Source of the DNA: Escherichia coli
Lineage (GTDB): Bacteria; Pseudomonadota; Gammaproteobacteria; Enterobacterales; Enterobacteriaceae
Length of the DNA stretch: 64,000 nt
Reading direction: 5' to 3' (one strand)
Assembly (NCBI RefSeq): GCF_048403405.1
Contig: NZ_CP183129.1
Part shown: positions 55,628 through 64,000 of the stretch, one piece after another
Layout of the letters: every line of letters begins with the position of its first letter
Position numbering within the stretch: position 1 is the stretch's first letter
Notes under the pieces: generated by a model
Told to the model about the DNA's origin: nothing
The model's input: only the letters and a program-made list of their open reading frames with translations
The model's database searches: none
Position numbers and translations under genes: made by a program

Positions 55628-56629
55628 CTATAACATTATTCCGCTGGCAATAAGTAATTTTGCCAGCCCCTCAGACGCCTTTAACCCACTAATGACCTGT
55701 GCGCGTAATATTTCATTTAATCTTTTTTGTTCAGCTGCCGTGCGTGTTTTATTAACGTATAAGCTTTTTAGATAATCACCCTTATCTATAAAGGCATTTA
55801 AAGCCTCAATCGCAGGCATGGCAGGTGCCGATGCCTGTAGTCTGGTTTCATTCACATTGATTACTGAACTTAGAAACTCCTTCCTGTTTTTCAGAGTGTT
55901 AAACTCTGTATTCTTAGAGTTTTTAGATGCTGTATTATAATAAAACATATTATCATGCACATTCGCAAAGGTATAATTTTCAATCTTATTGCTTTTTGTA
56001 TAAATATCATTGCGCAAAACCGCCATGTTCTTTATAAGTCTTACCCAGTTTTCATCTGCCGTTTTGCCTATTTTTCCAGAATTGACTTTAATTATATATA
56101 ACTCATTGAAATAATTTACCAAATCTTTAACCGCTGCTGCAGATTGAGCTAAATCTTTGCTATGTGAAACACCAAGTAGTGTTTGTGCGTTGTTTGCGTG
56201 ATCCAGAGCCTGTTTAAGTAATGCCACTTGCTGACTTTCCGTAGTTGCCATATCCTTTGTCAGAAGTTCCACATAAGCGCTCATGCTATTAATGACTTCC
56301 ATTGAAGCCAGTAATTTTTCTTTCTCGAAAGGGACTAATTGTACTTGTTTTGTATTTGGCCCTGAACGCTGGCATAATTTTCCGCCATTCCCATCACCGC
56401 CTATATCAATGGTATAATCAGGTCGCAATGCACAATCCGGATTAGTCGCGTAGAAATTAACAAGGAAGTTTTCACGAGAAGCATAGTATTGTTTAAAGAA
56501 ACTTGCATTCGCCGCTACTGCTTTGTTACCCGCAGTAATAACAGTTTCAGCTTGTTCGTTTTTCAATGCTTCAGTTGCACAACCTGAAAGCATTAACAGC
56601 GATAGAAATATTCCACTATATCTAATCAT
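55628..56629 (-). CDS. Hypothetical lipoprotein (333 aa), function unknown
   Basis: ATG start with SD GAGGTG; signal peptide plus lipobox LMLSGC (Cys17); N/K-rich, AT-rich coding sequence; no family recognised. Confidence 0.65.
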   Translation of the reverse strand: MIRYSGIFLSLLMLSGCATEALKNEQAETVITAGNKAVAANASFFKQYYASRENFLVNFYATNPDCALRPDYTIDIGGDGNGGKLCQRSGPNTKQVQLVPFEKEKLLASMEVINSMSAYVELLTKDMATTESQQVALLKQALDHANNAQTLLGVSHSKDLAQSAAAVKDLVNYFNELYIIKVNSGKIGKTADENWVRLIKNMAVLRNDIYTKSNKIENYTFANVHDNMFYYNTASKNSKNTEFNTLKNRKEFLSSVINVNETRLQASAPAMPAIEALNAFIDKGDYLKSLYVNKTRTAAEQKRLNEILRAQVISGLKASEGLAKLLIASGIML

Positions 56630-56798
56630 AACCCACCTCTTGACGTTGAGTTTATCTCAGATAATTAAATAGTAATGTGGCTATTTCCGGGTATTATTCA
56701 TAAGCAAGTATGAAATTAAATTAAAATACTGCGACTATTTATCATGCTTCAAATGAAGAAAAGGCCCCGCAGGGCCTTTATTTTATACTTATCTTAAA

Positions 56799-57674
56799 TT
56801 AACCGTTATTATTACGTCCGCCAGAACGACGACCGCCGCTCACCTGACTGTGACGCTTAACCGCTCGACGAATCTGATTCGCCTTCATACGACGACGGTC
56901 TTTTTCTACAGCGACTTTAGAGCTGGTTTCTGGCGGTAGCTCCACCAGTTCGCGCAGATAGTTAGTCTGGGCGAGGTCCAGCTCCGTCCAGCCACCGCGT
57001 GGCAGACCTTTCGGCAGTGGGATATCACCGTAACGAACACGGATCAGGCGGCTTACCTGCACACCAACCGCTTCCCAAAGACGACGAACTTCACGGTTAC
57101 GGCCTTCGGTCAGAGTTACGTTGTACCACTGGTTGATCCCTTCGCCGCCGCTGAACTTGATGGTTTTAAAGGCTGCCGGACCATCTTCCAGCTGCACGCC
57201 ACGACTCAAATCACGCAGTTTCGCGTCGTCAACCTGACCAAATACACGCACGGCATATTCACGTTCAACTTCACGGCTTGGATGCATTAAACGGTTTGCC
57301 AGTTCACCGTCGGTGGTGAACAGCAGCAGACCACAGGTGTTAACGTCCAGACGACCTACGGCAATCCAGCGTGCGCCACGCAGCTTTGGCAGACGGTCAA
57401 ACACCGTTGGACGCCCTTCCGGATCGTTACGGGTACACAACTCACCTTCCGGTTTGTAATAGGCCAGAACGCGACAAATTTGTTCAGCGGACTCACGTAC
57501 CGAAATCAGGTGACCATCGATACGGATTTTCAATCCAGGTGTAACTTCAACGCGATCGCCGAGTTTAGCAATTTTGCCATCAACACTCACACGACCGGCT
57601 TCAATAATAGATTCGATTTCACGGCGAGAACCGTGGCCGGCACGCGCCAGCACTTTCTGTAGCTTTTCGCTCAT
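56799..57674 (-). CDS. rluB: 23S rRNA pseudouridine(2605) synthase
   Basis: 291-aa ORF with S4 domain and RsuA-family catalytic domain, Arg/Gly-rich C-terminal tail. Confidence 0.9.
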
Positions 57675-57884
57675 AGAGCTTCCTTTTGGTGTCGCCTTCC
57701 CAGGCGTCTGATATGCTTTTGTGCAACAGTGAGTCAGAACTTACATCTGACTCACTGATAGTAAAGTCTGTTTGAACTCTTCAGGCCTTAAGTAAACGAC
57801 TCGACGTTTATCGGCCTGGCTTTGAGGCGCAACATACTACACTATCTTTATGGTTAAAGCTTGTTTCGATTAACATCAGCTTGA

Positions 57885-59789
57885 TTACCAGCCACCGCCG
57901 CCTCCGCCACCTGCACCGCCACCAGCACCACCACCGGAATAGCTACGCCCCAACAAACTGGTATAGGCCCCGCAACTCAGGTGCGTCTGTAATGAGAATA
58001 AAACGCCACTACGGGCAATTTCCGGGGCGCGAACAGCCGCTGTGAGTGATGGGGTGATACGTGCTGCCCATTCTCTGCCAAGGTTTGCCGAGACCGCCCA
58101 ACCTAACAACGCGTAATCCAGTTTCCGTGTTTCCCCTTTCCGCCGCCGCCCACTGTGTGTTGCTGCCTCTTTACGCGCAAGATAGTTAACGATAGCTTCA
58201 CCGTGGACATAACGTTGCTGCCCAGTTTGGGTAAACTTTGGCAGAAAAATATACCCCAAGCCAGTGAGATAACCGGTCAGGACAACAGCGCTAAAATAAC
58301 CCGCTGGCATATACCAGTAAAAGAATACATCTCCGACATTGATATAGAGAGAATAAAAGGCCACGCCTGAACAAATCAGCGGTAAAAACAAAGTGATGAT
58401 TACACGATTAACGCAAGGCTTGTCATCATCGCGGGCAAACACAAGCTCAAGGGAACAAAATAAAAAAGGAAGAAGCCAGCAGATCATAATAAACATATCG
58501 CCCACCAGACTCATTCCTGCCCAGCCTACGGGACTCAGGTTACCGTAGAGAATGACCGCTAATATCGCCATTCCCCCCCATTGCAAAAACGCATCAGGTC
58601 GGTAAAACGAAGACTTTTTACGCGGCAGATAAAATTTCTGCATCCGTAAAAATGCCCTGCGTAAGACTCTGTTGCGTCTCCCCGTAAGAACGACCTTATC
58701 GCCTTTACGAAATAACGCTTCCAGTAATAACTGCTCTGCGGGCAGTAATACCGCATTATTTCTGGTCGCGCCTTCATTAACACGAATCAGGATTTGCTGG
58801 TTCTTATCATACTGATCTTCCAGATGAATTTTGCCTTTCACAATCAGATTTACGATATCGGCACAAAAACCTTTATCGTCGTAAACCAGCTTCGCATCGA
58901 GACGTAACATGCCGGGCGTGTAATCTGGCGGAATGACATCGGTTTCAATCACATCTACCGGCGTAAATTGCGGCCTGCGCTTCCAGAGATATAACCATCC
59001 ACAAACCAGGAATAGACACGGAAACCAAATTAACAACGATGACGTGGAGGGTAAAAGAAGATGGCTGAAAATATTCGTCGTTTGTGGAGCCGGGGCATTG
59101 CTAAGTAAAGCGTGAGGCCAGCGGTAGAGTACCGTGAAATCTTCACGATAAAACGGATCGCGGGATTCAATTCTTCCGTCCTCAAGGATGCGGCCATTTC
59201 GATATGTGTCGCCCTCTTCTCCAGTAAAGAGATCGATTTCGCTAAATGGATTACCCGCGATATCAGGGAACTTGAGTGAAAATCGGGTCTTATAGATTTC
59301 AAACGGCCAGTGGTTACCGGTCACGTTCCAGATTAACAGATCTGAATCTCCCTCACGCAGGAAAGCATTTTTAACCTGATAATGAATTTGATAATGATAG
59401 TCGCCTTGAGGCAAGAAACGTTGTTTATCGCCCACGACGATACTCATTAAACCGATATGCCAGTCAAGATGCCAGGGTTCAGGAACACCATCACGGGTGA
59501 CGCCAACAATATGATAGTTCAGCAGTGCAGCGTCCCCATCAGGCTGCATCCAGAGTCGTGGTAAATCACGATAAAATCCGTGCTTAATCTGCTGATTTCG
59601 CGCCTGAAAATGAATATTTTCTTTGATGTCGAGCCCCCCATCCGGTTGCAGAGTGGCTTCAACATCAAAGAGCGAGATCCCTTCTTCATAAAAAGGGATC
59701 TCCGTGTTTTTCGGATAACTCAACGAAGAGAAAAAAGCCCAACTATCAACAGCAAAATGCAGCGATATATCCCTGCCATAGTCTTCCAT
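57885..59789 (-). CDS. yciQ: DUF2207-family inner-membrane protein
   Basis: 634-aa ORF with multiple TM segments and a Gly/Ala-rich C-terminal tail; synteny. Confidence 0.85.
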   Translation of the reverse strand: MEDYGRDISLHFAVDSWAFFSSLSYPKNTEIPFYEEGISLFDVEATLQPDGGLDIKENIHFQARNQQIKHGFYRDLPRLWMQPDGDAALLNYHIVGVTRDGVPEPWHLDWHIGLMSIVVGDKQRFLPQGDYHYQIHYQVKNAFLREGDSDLLIWNVTGNHWPFEIYKTRFSLKFPDIAGNPFSEIDLFTGEEGDTYRNGRILEDGRIESRDPFYREDFTVLYRWPHALLSNAPAPQTTNIFSHLLLPSTSSLLIWFPCLFLVCGWLYLWKRRPQFTPVDVIETDVIPPDYTPGMLRLDAKLVYDDKGFCADIVNLIVKGKIHLEDQYDKNQQILIRVNEGATRNNAVLLPAEQLLLEALFRKGDKVVLTGRRNRVLRRAFLRMQKFYLPRKKSSFYRPDAFLQWGGMAILAVILYGNLSPVGWAGMSLVGDMFIMICWLLPFLFCSLELVFARDDDKPCVNRVIITLFLPLICSGVAFYSLYINVGDVFFYWYMPAGYFSAVVLTGYLTGLGYIFLPKFTQTGQQRYVHGEAIVNYLARKEAATHSGRRRKGETRKLDYALLGWAVSANLGREWAARITPSLTAAVRAPEIARSGVLFSLQTHLSCGAYTSLLGRSYSGGGAGGGAGGGGGGGW

Positions 59790-59806
59790 CCGTGGAACGC
59801 AATTTG

Positions 59807-60427
59807 TTATAAGAAAGGCTTCACATCACCTACGCCTTCACGCACCACGACCGGCGTATCATCAGTAAGATCAATAACCGTTGTTGGTTTCTGCCCGAGA
59901 TAGCCGCCGTGAATAATCAAGTCCACCTGTTTTTCCAGACGGTCTTTAATTTCTTCCGGATCGGATTCGGTAAATTCGCTGCCTGGCAGCATTAGCGAAG
60001 TGGAAAGCATCGGTTCGCCCAGTGCTTCAAGCAACGCCTGCGCAATCGGGTTAGAAGGCACACGCATACCGATGGTTTTGCGTTTTTCCTGCAACAGACG
60101 GCGTGGCACCTCCTTCGTCCCTTTCAGGATGAAGGTGTAGTTGCCCGGCGTGTTGTTTTTCATCAAACGAAACGCAACGTTATCCACGAATGAATAGGTC
60201 GAGAGCTCAGAAAGATCGCGACACATCAGGGTAAAGTTGTGACCGTCCGGCAGCTGGCGAATTCGACAAATACGCTCCATGGCGTTTTTATCTTCAATTT
60301 TACAGCCGAGCGCATAGCCGGAATCGGTTGGATAAACAATCACCCCGCCTTTACGCACGATCTCCACCGCCTGGTTGATCAGACGTTGCTGCGGATTATC
60401 AGGATGAATATAAAAAAACTGGCTCAT
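59807..60427 (-). CDS. yciO: YrdC/Sua5-family RNA-binding protein
   Basis: ORF track 59807..60463; start refined to ATG 60425-60427 (206 aa MSQFFYIHP...). Confidence 0.85.
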   Translation of the reverse strand: MSQFFYIHPDNPQQRLINQAVEIVRKGGVIVYPTDSGYALGCKIEDKNAMERICRIRQLPDGHNFTLMCRDLSELSTYSFVDNVAFRLMKNNTPGNYTFILKGTKEVPRRLLQEKRKTIGMRVPSNPIAQALLEALGEPMLSTSLMLPGSEFTESDPEEIKDRLEKQVDLIIHGGYLGQKPTTVIDLTDDTPVVVREGVGDVKPFL

Positions 60428-61305
60428 AATTCCCTCTCTGTGGTGTTCTGCGGCTGTTCCCATAGCTGCCAGACGCCTTCAACGCCTGCGGGCAGCCAGA
60501 GTTTACGACCCAGTTCGATCCACGGGCATGGCTGATGAAAATCAGATCCTTGTGATGCCCATAAATGATGCTGACGCGCAAGTGTCGCCAGCTGGGTGCG
60601 TTCATTGGGCGATTGCTGGCACTGCGCGACTTCCATCGCGTCGCCGTGGTGTTCGGCAAAATGCGCAACCAATCTTTTCAGCCATTTAGCACTAAGATTG
60701 TACCGCCCAGGATGAGCTAGCACCGCCTTACCGCCAGAATGATGAATGACATCAATAGCTTGTTCTATTGTACACCACTGTGGCGGAACGTATCCGGTTT
60801 TCCCGCGCGCCAGATATTTTTTAAAGACATCCGCCATTGAACTGGCTTTGCCGCACTCCACAAGGAAACGCGCAAAATGACCGCGCGTCACCGCACCGCC
60901 CTGCGCCAGTCGTTGCGCGCCTTCCAGTGCCCCAGGTATTTGCGCTTTTTCAAGTCTTTCGGCAATCAGCTGCGCCCGCTGATTGCGCCGTTCTGTCTGC
61001 TGCGCGAGGAACTCACACATTAGCGGATGAGTAATATCAATATTCAGCCCGACAATATGAATTTCATGATTTTCCCAGACCGTGGAGATTTCCACGCCGG
61101 GAATAAGATTCAGCGCCAGTCCCGAACGTGAAATTTCCTCTCTTGCTGGTGAGATTGCAGCTGTGGTGTCATGGTCGGTGATCGCCAGGGTGCCGACGCG
61201 CATCTCGACTGCACGGTGCACCAATGCTTCTGGCGTCAGGCAGCCATCGGAAGCTGTGGTATGGCTGTGCAGGTCGTAAATCACTGCGTAATTCGTGTCG
61301 CTCAA
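60424..61305 (-). CDS. trpH: PHP-domain 5'-3' exoribonuclease (TrpH/YciV/Rnm)
   Basis: 293-aa ORF with PHP histidine motifs (YDLHSHTTASDG). Confidence 0.88.
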   Translation of the reverse strand: MSDTNYAVIYDLHSHTTASDGCLTPEALVHRAVEMRVGTLAITDHDTTAAISPAREEISRSGLALNLIPGVEISTVWENHEIHIVGLNIDITHPLMCEFLAQQTERRNQRAQLIAERLEKAQIPGALEGAQRLAQGGAVTRGHFARFLVECGKASSMADVFKKYLARGKTGYVPPQWCTIEQAIDVIHHSGGKAVLAHPGRYNLSAKWLKRLVAHFAEHHGDAMEVAQCQQSPNERTQLATLARQHHLWASQGSDFHQPCPWIELGRKLWLPAGVEGVWQLWEQPQNTTEREL

Positions 61306-61380
61306 GGCGCACTCCCGTTCTGGATAATGTTTTTTGCGCCGACATCATAACGGTTCTGGCAAATATTCTGAAATGAGCTG

Positions 61381-61416
61381 TTGACAATTAATCATCGAAC
61401 TAGTTAACTAGTACGC
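61381..61416 (+). promoter_or_regulatory. trp promoter (-35 TTGACA, -10 TTAACT) with overlapping TrpR operator
   Basis: TTGACAATTAATCATCGAACTAGTTAACTAGTACG: canonical trp promoter and the ACTAGTTAACTAGT operator palindrome. Confidence 0.85.
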
Positions 61417-61442
61417 AAGTTCACGTAAAAAGGGTATCGACA

Positions 61443-61487
61443 ATGAAAGCAATTTTCGTACTGAAAGGTTGGTGGCGCACTTCCTGA
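61443..61487 (+). CDS. trpL: trp operon leader peptide
   Basis: ATGAAAGCAATTTTCGTACTGAAAGGTTGGTGGCGCACTTCCTGA encodes [14 protein letters not shown] with tandem Trp codons. Confidence 0.88.
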
Positions 61488-61528
61488 AACGGGCAGTGTA
61501 TTCACCATGCGTAAAGCAATCAGATACC

Positions 61529-61557
61529 CAGCCCGCCTAATGAGCGGGCTTTTTTTT
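61529..61557 (+). terminator. trp attenuator (3:4 terminator hairpin plus U-tract)
   Basis: AGCCCGCC-taat-GAGCGGGCT followed by TTTTTTTT, between trpL and trpE. Confidence 0.85.
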
Positions 61558-61578
61558 GAACAAAATTAGAGAATAACA

Positions 61579-63141
61579 ATGCAAACACAAAAACCGACTC
61601 TCGAACTGCTAACCTGCGAAGGCGCTTATCGCGACAACCCGACTGCGCTTTTTCACCAGTTGTGTGGGCATCGTCCAGCAACGCTGCTGCTGGAATCCGC
61701 AGATATCGACAGCAAAGATGATTTAAAAAGTCTGCTGCTGATAGACAGTGCGCTGCGCATTACAGCATTAGGTGACACTGTCACAATTCAGGCACTTTCC
61801 GGCAATGGCGAAGCCCTGCTGGCACTACTGGATAACGCCCTGCCTGCGGGTGTGGAAAGTGAACAATCACCAAACTGCCGTGTGCTGCGCTTCCCCCCTG
61901 TCAGTCCACTGCTGGATGAAGACGCCCGCTTATGCTCCCTTTCGGTTTTTGACGCTTTCCGCTTATTGCAGAATCTGTTGAATGTACCGAGGGAAGAGCG
62001 AGAAGCAATGTTCTTCGGCGGCCTGTTCTCTTATGACCTTGTGGCGGGATTTGAAGATTTACCACAACTGGCAGCGGAAAATAACTGTCCTGATTTCTGT
62101 TTTTATCTCGCTGAAACGCTGATGGTGATTGACCATCAGAAAAAAAGCACCCGCATTCAGGCCAGTCTTTTTGCTCCGAATGAAGAAGAAAAACAACGTC
62201 TCACTGCTCGCCTGAACGATCTTCGCCAGCAACTGACTGAAACCGCGCCACCGCTGCCGGTGGTTTCCGTGCCGCATATGCGTTGTGAATGTAACCAGAG
62301 CGATGAAGAGTTCGGTGGCGTAGTGCGTTTGTTGCAAAAAGCGATTCGCGCCGGAGAAATTTTCCAGGTCGTACCATCTCGCCGTTTCTCTCTGCCCTGC
62401 CCGTCACCGCTGGCGGCCTATTACGTGCTGAAAAAGAGTAATCCCAGCCCGTACATGTTTTTTATGCAGGATAATGATTTCACCCTGTTTGGCGCGTCGC
62501 CGGAAAGTTCGCTCAAGTATGACGCCACCAGCCGCCAGATTGAGATCTACCCCATTGCCGGAACACGTCCACGCGGTCGTCGTGCCGATGGTTCACTGGA
62601 CAGAGACCTCGACAGCCGCATCGAACTGGAAATGCGTACCGATCATAAAGAGCTTTCTGAACATCTGATGCTGGTGGATCTCGCCCGTAATGATCTGGCA
62701 CGCATTTGCACCCCCGGTAGTCGCTACGTCGCCGATCTCACCAAAGTTGACCGTTATTCTTATGTGATGCACCTCGTCTCCCGCGTGGTCGGTGAGCTGC
62801 GCCACGATCTCGACGCCCTGCACGCTTACCGCGCCTGTATGAATATGGGCACGTTAAGCGGCGCGCCGAAAGTGCGCGCCATGCAGTTAATTGCCGAGGC
62901 GGAAGGTCGTCGCCGCGGCAGCTACGGCGGCGCAGTAGGTTATTTCACCGCGCATGGCGATCTCGACACCTGCATTGTGATCCGCTCGGCGCTGGTGGAA
63001 AACGGTATCGCCACCGTGCAAGCCGGTGCTGGCGTGGTACTTGATTCTGTTCCGCAGTCGGAAGCCGACGAAACCCGTAATAAAGCCCGCGCTGTACTGC
63101 GCGCTATTGCCACCGCGCATCATGCACAGGAGACGTTCTGA
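61579..63141 (+). CDS. trpE: Anthranilate synthase component I
   Basis: 520-aa ORF, chorismate-binding enzyme; stop overlaps trpD start (TGATGG). Confidence 0.93.
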   Translation: MQTQKPTLELLTCEGAYRDNPTALFHQLCGHRPATLLLESADIDSKDDLKSLLLIDSALRITALGDTVTIQALSGNGEALLALLDNALPAGVESEQSPNCRVLRFPPVSPLLDEDARLCSLSVFDAFRLLQNLLNVPREEREAMFFGGLFSYDLVAGFEDLPQLAAENNCPDFCFYLAETLMVIDHQKKSTRIQASLFAPNEEEKQRLTARLNDLRQQLTETAPPLPVVSVPHMRCECNQSDEEFGGVVRLLQKAIRAGEIFQVVPSRRFSLPCPSPLAAYYVLKKSNPSPYMFFMQDNDFTLFGASPESSLKYDATSRQIEIYPIAGTRPRGRRADGSLDRDLDSRIELEMRTDHKELSEHLMLVDLARNDLARICTPGSRYVADLTKVDRYSYVMHLVSRVVGELRHDLDALHAYRACMNMGTLSGAPKVRAMQLIAEAEGRRRGSYGGAVGYFTAHGDLDTCIVIRSALVENGIATVQAGAGVVLDSVPQSEADETRNKARAVLRAIATAHHAQETF

Positions 63142-64000
63142 TGGCTGACATTCTGCTGCTCGATAATATCGACTCTTTTACTTACAACCTGGCAGATCAG
63201 TTGCGCAGCAATGGTCATAACGTGGTGATTTACCGCAACCATATTCCGGCGCAGACCTTAATTGAACGCCTGGCGACAATGAGCAATCCGGTGCTGATGC
63301 TTTCTCCTGGCCCCGGTGTGCCAAGCGAAGCCGGTTGTATGCCAGAACTCCTCACCCGCCTGCGCGGCAAGCTGCCAATTATTGGCATTTGCCTCGGTCA
63401 TCAGGCGATTGTCGAAGCTTATGGGGGGTATGTCGGTCAGGCGGGCGAAATTCTTCACGGTAAAGCGTCGAGTATTGAACATGACGGTCAGGCGATGTTT
63501 GCCGGATTAACAAACCCATTGCCAGTGGCGCGTTATCACTCGCTGGTTGGCAGTAACATTCCGGCCGGTTTAACCATCAACGCCCATTTTAATGGCATGG
63601 TGATGGCGGTGCGTCACGATGCAGATCGCGTTTGTGGATTCCAGTTCCATCCGGAATCCATTCTTACTACCCAGGGTGCTCGCCTGCTGGAACAAACGCT
63701 GGCCTGGGCGCAGCAGAAACTGGAACCGACCAACACGCTGCAACCGATTCTGGAAAAACTGTATCAGGCGCAGACCCTTAGCCAGCAGGAAAGTCACCAG
63801 CTGTTTTCAGCGGTGGTACGTGGCGAACTGAAACCGGAACAACTGGCGGCGGCGCTGGTGAGCATGAAAATTCGCGGCGAGCACCCGAACGAGATCGCCG
63901 GAGCAGCAACCGCGCTACTGGAAAACGCCGCGCCGTTCCCGCGCCCGGATTATCTGTTTGCTGATATCGTCGGTACTGGCGGTGACGGCAGTAACAGCAT
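63141..64000 (+). CDS. trpD: Anthranilate synthase component II / anthranilate phosphoribosyltransferase, N-terminal part (runs off window end)
   Basis: Begins [21 protein letters not shown]..., glutamine amidotransferase domain with catalytic GICLGHQ; truncated by window edge. Confidence 0.9.
   Translation, partial: MADILLLDNIDSFTYNLADQLRSNGHNVVIYRNHIPAQTLIERLATMSNPVLMLSPGPGVPSEAGCMPELLTRLRGKLPIIGICLGHQAIVEAYGGYVGQAGEILHGKASSIEHDGQAMFAGLTNPLPVARYHSLVGSNIPAGLTINAHFNGMVMAVRHDADRVCGFQFHPESILTTQGARLLEQTLAWAQQKLEPTNTLQPILEKLYQAQTLSQQESHQLFSAVVRGELKPEQLAAALVSMKIRGEHPNEIAGAATALLENAAPFPRPDYLFADIVGTGGDGSNS

Noticed and set aside
57885-57935. GC-rich triplet repeat at 57888-57935 as a possible non-coding repeat or CRISPR-like unit
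   Set aside because: It is in frame within yciQ and encodes its Gly/Ala-rich C-terminal tail; it is a coding simple-sequence repeat, not an independent element.

Overview
This window is a core Escherichia coli-type chromosomal segment, reverse-complemented relative to the usual K-12 MG1655 orientation. Gene identities come from recognising the translated ORFs and their synteny; no database search was run. In window order it carries ycjQ (partial), ycjPONM, pspEDCBA with divergent pspF, puuE-puuB-puuC-puuR-puuD with divergent puuA-puuP, ymjA, sapABCDF, fabI, yciW, rnb, pdeR, yciZ, yciT, osmB, yciH-pyrF-lapB-lapA, pgpB, ribA, acnA, yciX/ymiA, cysB, topA, yciN, sohB, yciK-btuR, rluB, yciQ, yciO, trpH, and trpL-trpE-trpD (partial). 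Four things depart from the K-12 layout as I recall it. (1) An ~8 kb accessory block between sapF and fabI, where K-12 has only ycjD, encodes a TetR-family regulator, a complete RND tripartite efflux pump with its own outer-membrane lipoprotein, and an MFS transporter. (2) A compact, clearly AT-rich two-gene cassette (333-aa lipoprotein plus 102-aa acidic protein, function unknown) sits between the convergent core genes btuR and rluB; this is my best candidate for an undescribed system. (3) An IS200-like element (Y1 transposase TnpA) is inserted between yciN and sohB. (4) topA is split into two reading frames by an apparent 1-nt deletion in a C/G homopolymer. Classical regulatory elements are readable directly: the sigma-54 pspA promoter, the trp promoter/operator and attenuator, and probable PuuR operators. 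No rRNA, tRNA or CRISPR array was found.
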